A stretch of DNA of 34,598 nucleotides, from positions 1 to 34,598 of the forward strand of contig JYFJ02004120.1 in NCBI GenBank assembly GCA_000934665.2. Direction: 5' to 3'. Each line of letters starts with the position of its first letter. Within the stretch, counting starts at the first letter, position 1. The position numbers and the translations under genes were made by a program. Below, one piece after another: positions 32,801-34,598 of the stretch. Origin of the DNA: Catajapyx aquilonaris. Taxonomy: Eukaryota. The notes under the pieces are model-generated. The model did not search any database. It had not been told where the DNA came from and was given only the letters and a program-made list of their open reading frames with translations.

Positions 32801-34598
32801 CTTCTCGACTTTCAAAGCCAATTGGACGGATGCGAGGAATTTTTGCTTGCTATATAAAGGTGCAGATTTGGTCAGCTTCCGTGACAAAGGGGATCAGTCT
32901 GAAGTAGCAAGTAAGTCGTTCTTAGACAAAGAATTACCATACGACTTCAACATCAATAAAAAATTACTGTAATTAACCTGGACTGTTTTTCAGGTGAAAT
33001 GATTTCAGAAGGTTGGATAGGCCTTCATTACAAATCTTCTGATAGGCAATGGGGGTGGTCAGATGGAAGTGCAGTTGACTACTTCAGATGGGACCTAAAC
33101 GATAAAAATGTGGATAACGAGCAGTGTACCGTGGCACTTTTCTCTAAACAATGGAAGAACATTGATTGCCAGCTGAAACGTCCCTTTGTCTGCAAATTAG
33201 GTACGGACATTTTATTTACAAATGTAGCTATCATCACATTAATCGGGAGGACAGTGTAATGTCAGGGTGTTGGGCCACCATGTGTTGTACTGCAGGCTAC
33301 ATGCATTTTCATTTTCTCCGTAGCAAAACGCCTCCCGACATGCAATAATGAATGGCCCTGCGTGAAGAAGAGGCAGTGCAAGGATGAGGAACCCCCGTGC
33401 CTCTTGTGTGGGGCCGTAGATCAACCCTCGTGTCATCACGACGTTTGCCTCAAGGCATGTCCTTGCGGAAGCCGTGCACCGTACAGTAACTCCACGGAGT
33501 ACGCTAATGGTAGTGCGTGCAAAGACGAGTGCGCCAAACTCCACGAACCGTGCTATTCTTGGTGCGACAAGCTAGGACCCTTGAAAGCCAGATGCAGGAA
33601 TGATTGTGATGGCAACAGGGACTTGTGCGACGACGTCTGCGATTCCCAAATGAGTGCAGGCGCCAAGATGTGCGAGGAATGTACTAAGACTTGCGATGAG
33701 TGTAACAGAAGGTGCTGCTCTGCCTCGGAGCTGCCGTGCATTGAGAGCAGCTGCTGGGAACAACCGCAAAATGCACTCGTCATTCCTTCCGACGGAGCAA
33801 ATCTGGCGGATTGCAAAAGGGTGATGAACCCATTCAGACCTCTTGATGGACCTGACGAAAAATGCGTGATCAAGGCAGGGAACTGCGAGGCAGGAGAAAC
33901 CCCCTGCAACGTGGATCAATGCAGAGAGAACGATGCAACCTGCAAGCGCTTTGAGGGTGCGAATATGACTAAGCGATATTGCAATCTGGACGAGGTGCCA
34001 TGCACCCCTACCTGTGAGACCCTCGCTTGCGGACAGAGAGAGTGCAACGCCACCGAGATTGAGATTCCATGTGCGCTGGAGCCAGTTCCGTGCGCATATC
34101 TTGAGGCACCCTGCTATCACATTGGCGAAAGATACGAAACCTACCAGCTTCCCTGCCAGCTGGGCCAGATTCCGTGTGTGATGGGACTTAAATGCATGAT
34201 GAAAAAGGAAAGTCCTTGCACCATATGCGGAAGGAAAGGCCATCCCAACTGCAAAGATGTAGTGAAACCGTGTAGCCGTCTCAACGAGGTGCCATGCAGA
34301 CGGCCGGAAGCGTGCAAGGAAGGAGAAACACCATGCGAGGGGCTGGCCTGCAAGGGCCATTTGCCTTGCCTGAAGGCACGTCTGTGCGATTATGAAGAGA
34401 GGCAGTGTGTCCCGTGCGGCCGCAAAGGAGAACCACCATGCGATTGGATGACCTGCAAGCGGTTGTGCAAATCGGAGAGATGCCGGAGGGATTGTGAGGT
34501 TTGCCATACGTGTGACAACGGTGAGATCCCGTGCGCCCCGAGGTTGCCGTGTCACACCAGGAAATGCGCACAACTTTACCCAGATTGTGACTTTGATA
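2578..34598 (+). CDS. Multi-exon gene(s) for a tandem C-type lectin domain protein (macrophage mannose receptor-like), with at least 16 complete CTLDs and a Cys-rich C-terminal region; 5' and 3' ends lie outside the window
   Basis: Alternating N-half (CPxxW..CYYFS..W..A..C..ADL.S) and C-half (WIGL..WSDG..W..EP..C..C..NFxCK) exons. All are bounded by AG/GT, are phase 1-1 and have lengths divisible by 3. Whether this is a single transcript is inferred, not shown. Confidence 0.85.
2878..3036 (+). CDS. CTLD N-half exon N2, unit 1
   Basis: tttttag|GA...GCAA|gtaagt, 159 nt; TCPRNW..NCYFFS..W..C..ADLV. Confidence 0.9.
3119..3169 (+). pseudogene. Relic fusion microexon (C2 start + N1 end) with a dead donor; copies at ~7243 (split by a TE), 16839, 18498, 20614, 21447, 22642, 24356, 25826
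   Basis: Reads GEMVESVWMAVEANIET. The 5' part matches the C2 start GEMVQDFW (29450) and the 3' part matches the N1 end DIEANVVT (28644). The donor position reads atgagt/ataagt instead of gtaagt. Confidence 0.8.
3413..3637 (+). CDS. CTLD C-half exon C1, unit 2 (EPS..LND)
   Basis: cag|..|gtaaat, 225 nt, open frame with WIGL and 3 conserved Cys. Confidence 0.9.
3710..3871 (+). CDS. CTLD N-half exon N2, unit 2
   Basis: tag|..|gtaagt, 162 nt; ACPPDYW..CYYFS. Confidence 0.9.
4307..4980. mobile_element. MITE with 14-bp TIR and AT target duplication (ISL2EU/PHIS-like)
   Basis: GGGGAAGTAGCCTT...AAGGCTACTTCCCC. The empty site cttaattaac is visible in the paralogous arm at 8421-8430, implying a 2-bp AT duplication. 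Family assignment is inferred from the GG termini and AT TSD. Confidence 0.8.
5317..6488. mobile_element. Non-autonomous CMC/EnSpm-like element (CCCC termini, 2-bp TSD, subterminal CAACATTGG-type repeats)
   Basis: ac|CCCCTGCAGCAAGCAATAT...ATATAGATTGCTGATGGGG|ac. The empty site tctgacatacagggcat is the reverse complement of 8531-8547. Many caacattgg / ccaatgttg motifs point inward from both ends. Confidence 0.75.
7535..7756 (+). CDS. CTLD C-half exon C1, unit 3 (EPS..LND)
   Basis: cag|..|gtaaat, 222 nt, open. Confidence 0.9.
7829..7990 (+). CDS. CTLD N-half exon N2, unit 3
   Basis: tag|..|gtaagt, 162 nt; TCPPDW..CYYFS. Confidence 0.9.
8073..8615. mobile_element. Second, truncated copy (left arm only) of the 3954-7238 foldback element
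   Basis: Near-identical to 3954-4306 plus 4981-5170, at the same position relative to the upstream exon, and without the 4307-4980 MITE. Confidence 0.85.
8617..11655 (-). mobile_element. Degenerate Ty3/Gypsy (K02A2.6/Mag-like) element: gag, protease, deleted RT, RNase H, integrase, PPT and truncated 3' LTR
   Basis: gag RRLQQLGESVSDYV..LRDQLVVG and CCHC knuckle CNFCKKLGHMEKVC; protease IVDSGADVSII; RNase H LACDASPYGVG..TDHKPL; integrase HHCC plus DFAGP..TDNG..NGQAER (8978-10063). Minus-strand GGGGGAGG|TGTTGCA at 8670-8656. Most of RT is missing. Confidence 0.92.
11760..12256 (+). pseudogene. Tc1-like DDE transposase C-terminal fragment
   Basis: MDAEGYVNILENDLLP (11866-) then, frameshifted, WPSYSPHLNPIENLWGMM...SMPQRL..V..KGGHSKY*, which matches the Tc1 WPxxSPDLNPIENxW motif. 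Confidence 0.85.
12979..13243 (-). repeat. 3' LTR
   Basis: Direct repeat of 15354-15618, with TG...CA ends. Confidence 0.92.
13431..13454 (+). repeat. (GAT)8 microsatellite
   Basis: gatgatgatgatgatgatgatgat. Confidence 0.95.
13486..14106 (-). CDS. Retropepsin-like aspartic protease ORF of the LTR element
   Basis: HTALLDSGAVTSMVS (DSG active site) and VILAADFM (ILGxDF-like). The first ATG is at MASFRIEEP. Confidence 0.7.
   Translation of the reverse strand: MKHPYAYELHYVQVVRMASFRIEEPDTSMITAATIAVLVHGIPHTALLDSGAVTSMVSIAAWDSIPRHSRPQLEPAPPTKLRMADVHLVRPYGRTTLTLTMGNITFQKTFLVVRRGVLPVILAADFMAALGCHLDFQCLYLSGIIYSEADFPRLHTFFMPFQLFEEMKLPPSGRDYGRHRRSYKKRKQRDTCSWTTRSFGAPSSVS
15327..15349 (-). other. Primer-binding site (tRNA-Leu-like)
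   Basis: Plus strand ttcaaatcgcacttccgacgcca versus the typical tRNA-Leu 3' end ttcgaatcccacttctgacacca, 4 nt from the LTR. Confidence 0.7.
15354..15618 (-). repeat. 5' LTR
   Basis: Direct repeat of 12979-13243, adjacent to the PBS. Confidence 0.92.
16304..16525 (+). CDS. CTLD C-half exon C1, unit 4 (QPS..LYD)
   Basis: cag|..|gtaaat, 222 nt, open. Confidence 0.9.
16598..16756 (+). CDS. CTLD N-half exon N2, unit 4
   Basis: tag|..|gtaagt, 159 nt. Confidence 0.9.
16921..17745. mobile_element. Solo LTR (825 bp)
   Basis: aaac|TGTC...GACA|aaac interrupts the conserved intron sequence atattaaaacttgaact, giving a 4-bp TSD. Confidence 0.8.
17960..18184 (+). CDS. CTLD C-half exon C1, unit 5 (EPS..IRT)
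   Basis: cag|..|gtaaat, 225 nt, open. Confidence 0.9.
18257..18415 (+). CDS. CTLD N-half exon N2, unit 5
   Basis: tag|..ACTA|gtaagt, 159 nt. Confidence 0.9.
18684..19961. mobile_element. Non-autonomous TIR element, PIF/Harbinger-like
   Basis: 41-bp TIR AGGTCT(G/A)AACTCATATCGACTTGAAACTACGACTTGTGCGT with one mismatch. Flanks are TAA / TTA. It interrupts the conserved tgtctattagagaag. Confidence 0.8.
20055..20303 (+). CDS. CTLD C-half exon C1, unit 6 (TPT..VRY)
   Basis: cag|..|gtaaat, 249 nt, open. Confidence 0.9.
20376..20531 (+). CDS. CTLD N-half exon N2, unit 6
   Basis: tag|..GCAG|gtaagt, 156 nt. Confidence 0.9.
20906..21136 (+). CDS. CTLD C-half exon C1, unit 7 (EPK..LNY)
   Basis: tag|..|gtaaat, 231 nt, open. 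Confidence 0.9.
21203..21364 (+). CDS. CTLD N-half exon N2, unit 7 (shifted acceptor)
   Basis: gttccag|TTTCACAAGCATGT.., 162 nt; VSQACPRDWRRIEKNCYYFS. Absent from the ORF track. Confidence 0.85.
21737..21976 (+). CDS. CTLD C-half exon C1, unit 8 (EPT..LQY)
   Basis: cag|..ACAG|gtacaa, 240 nt, open. Confidence 0.9.
22027..22363 (-). mobile_element. tRNA-derived SINE with poly(A) tail and 18-bp TSD
   Basis: TSD tgtccttagaaatgtttt at 22009-22026 and 22364-22381. Minus-strand A-box TGGCGCCGCGG and B-box GGTTCAATCCC. T-run at the left end. Confidence 0.88.
22404..22559 (+). CDS. CTLD N-half exon N2, unit 8
   Basis: tag|..TCAA|gtaagt, 156 nt; ECLLDWWRIKTSCYYFS, open. Absent from the ORF track. 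Confidence 0.88.
22802..23680. mobile_element. Rearranged mariner (DD34D-type) derivative
   Basis: TIRs (c)taggggccttcataaagtt / aactttatgaacgcccctca|TA. Minus-strand remnants HDNTSAH..PGLAPGNFILFCHLKQPLRG and MDECCVYHYNLETK. The transposase C-terminus is present in both orientations. Confidence 0.85.
23815..24045 (+). CDS. CTLD C-half exon C1, unit 9 (EPT..LNY)
   Basis: cag|..|gtaaat, 231 nt, open. Confidence 0.9.
24112..24273 (+). CDS. CTLD N-half exon N2, unit 9 (shifted acceptor)
   Basis: gttccag|TTTCACAAGCATGT.., 162 nt; VSQACPPDWRWIETNCYYFS. Confidence 0.85.
24429..25054. mobile_element. Tc1/mariner-derived foldback MITE (626 bp, ~200-bp arms)
   Basis: ca|CAGGGTGATTCTC...GAGAATCACCCTG|ca. 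Arms 24429-24633 and 24851-25054 are inverted. Central remnant LKGCVYKNNPRTIDAL. Confidence 0.85.
25276..25518 (+). CDS. CTLD C-half exon C1, unit 10 (APT..LKY)
   Basis: ccag|..|gtaaat, 243 nt, open. Confidence 0.9.
25585..25743 (+). CDS. CTLD N-half exon N2, unit 10 (shifted acceptor)
   Basis: gttccag|TTCCTCAAACATGT.., 159 nt; VPQTCLPDW. Confidence 0.85.
26095..26319 (+). CDS. CTLD C-half exon C1, unit 11
   Basis: cag|..|gtaagt, 225 nt, open. Confidence 0.9.
26395..26553 (+). CDS. CTLD N-half exon N2, unit 11
   Basis: tag|..|gtaagt, 159 nt. Confidence 0.9.
26629..26847 (+). CDS. CTLD C-half exon type C2, copy a (EPN..WSD, mannose-type site)
   Basis: cag|GTGATATG..CAAG|gtacgg, 219 nt; VWIGL..WSDG..KEPNC..C..WSDLPC..FVCK. 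Confidence 0.9.
26906..27061 (+). pseudogene. Orphan CTLD N-half exon (type N3) with a premature stop
   Basis: gaag|CC..TTTG|gtaaag, 156 nt; NPCPSGWIRNDTRCYNLSRDKLQ*LPPLQEC. TGA (26977-26979) sits at the conserved Trp position, and no partner C-half follows. Confidence 0.75.
27230..27860 (+). mobile_element. Degraded non-LTR (LINE) ORF2 C-terminal remnant
   Basis: Frameshifted LKLFSAQIVPIVLHNPHVW, MERLQLFYIKR and FVRLESGR, resembling the post-RT region of LINE ORF2. Boundaries approximate. Confidence 0.55.
27861..28098 (-). mobile_element. tRNA-derived SINE
   Basis: Minus-strand B-box GGTTCGAATCC (~28031-28041) downstream of an A-box-like GGTGTGGTTG, followed by a non-tRNA body. Confidence 0.65.
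28477..28644 (+). CDS. CTLD N-half exon type N1, copy a
   Basis: taacag|AG..ACAA|gtaagt, 168 nt; KPCPEDWEYYGDHCYQI..W..C..ADMASFHSDIEANVVT. Absent from the ORF track. Confidence 0.9.
28882..29139 (+). CDS. CTLD C-half exon C1, unit 12 (KPD..LND)
   Basis: cag|..|gtaaat, 258 nt, open. Confidence 0.9.
29212..29367 (+). CDS. CTLD N-half exon N2, unit 12
   Basis: tag|..|gtaagt, 156 nt. Confidence 0.9.
29450..29659 (+). CDS. CTLD C-half exon type C2, copy b
   Basis: cag|GTGAAATG..CAAG|gtacgg, 210 nt; FWIGY..W..C..WVNHPC..FVCK. Confidence 0.9.
29926..30279. mobile_element. Old AT-rich foldback MITE
   Basis: tagaagacaaactaaaatcta (~30016-30036) is inverted to tagatttttagtttgtcttcta (~30160-30182), with weaker similarity further out. 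Ends taccggt / accagta. Confidence 0.4.
30400..30932 (+). mobile_element. Non-LTR retrotransposon APE endonuclease fragment
   Basis: LDLLCIQEP and, frameshifted, MGDFNARATYWG..NCRG..SYIDL, which are the QE, GDFN and S.ID motifs of LINE AP-like endonucleases. Confidence 0.8.
31227..31394 (+). CDS. CTLD N-half exon type N1, copy b
   Basis: taacag|GG..TCAG|gtaagt, 168 nt; LCPNHWIDYGDNCY..LASIHSDVEADGVS. The upstream intron is paralogous to 28150-28476. Confidence 0.9.
31629..31850 (+). CDS. CTLD C-half exon C1, unit 13 (QPN..LHD)
   Basis: ccag|..ACAG|gtaaat, 222 nt, open. Confidence 0.9.
31926..32087 (+). CDS. CTLD N-half exon N2, unit 13
   Basis: tag|..|gtaagt, 162 nt. Confidence 0.9.
32172..32213 (+). 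CDS. Candidate 42-nt in-frame microexon (KVSDTDFTDENGN)
   Basis: tttttcag|GT..AATG|gtaagt; phase 1-1 and open, at the position where other units carry the dead relic. Confidence 0.6.
32458..32688 (+). CDS. CTLD C-half exon C1, unit 14 (EPS..LKS)
   Basis: cag|..|gtaaat, 231 nt, open. Confidence 0.9.
32755..32910 (+). CDS. CTLD N-half exon N2, unit 14
   Basis: tag|..|gtaagt, 156 nt; ACPTDWKIRESTCYYFS. Absent from the ORF track. Confidence 0.9.
32994..33200 (+). CDS. CTLD C-half exon type C2, copy c
   Basis: cag|GTGAAATG..TTAG|gtacgg, 207 nt; GWIGL..WSDG..C..WKNIDC..FVCK. Confidence 0.9.
33324..34598 (+). CDS. Large cysteine-rich exon (at least 425 codons, about 65 Cys), open to the window end
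   Basis: ttttctccgtag|CA AAA CGC, phase 1, matching the donor at 33200. Manual translation AKRLPTCNNEWPCVKKRQCKDEEPPCLLCG...CDNGEIPCAPRLPCHTRKCAQLYPDCDFD has no stop and a recurrent E/Q-x-P-C motif. Confidence 0.85.

Noticed and set aside
2553..33259. ORF-track lectin ORFs as separate small single-exon genes
   Set aside because: Their shared ends (MNCIFQFS, GKYEC, MVPFL, SKSFLDKE) are translations of conserved intron flanks beyond the AG and GT splice sites, and the starts are mostly TTG/GTG.
33572..34573. 333-aa minus-strand ORF as a gene
   Set aside because: It is the antisense shadow of the Cys-rich + strand exon (TGC read as GCA gives the Ala richness), with no recognisable motif.

Overview
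Eukaryotic (invertebrate-metazoan-like) genomic DNA with short GT-AG introns; it is not bacterial, and most entries in the ORF track are exon read-throughs or spurious. The window is dominated by one + strand, mannose-receptor-like multi-C-type-lectin-domain (CTLD) locus from 2578 to beyond the window end. It is built from 33 intact half-domain exons, all phase 1/phase 1: 14 'C1' and 3 'C2' C-terminal halves, and 14 'N2' and 2 'N1' N-terminal halves. It also has one 42-nt microexon, one nonsense-broken exon, and a large Cys-rich exon (33324 onward) that the ORF track misses. Default splicing would give 16 complete CTLDs plus one whose N-half lies upstream. The amplified unit is out of register with the protein domain: each repeat makes a chimeric N2+C1 domain and carries a dead fusion microexon that records the founding rearrangement. 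Introns stay visibly similar between units while the sugar-binding half-exons are hypervariable. Every recognisable transposon lies in an intron: two degraded Ty3/Gypsy elements, a young protease-only LTR element with apparently identical LTRs, a solo LTR, nested and foldback Tc1/mariner-type and other MITEs, two tRNA-derived SINEs and two LINE fragments. All coordinates and translations were read by eye, with no database search.
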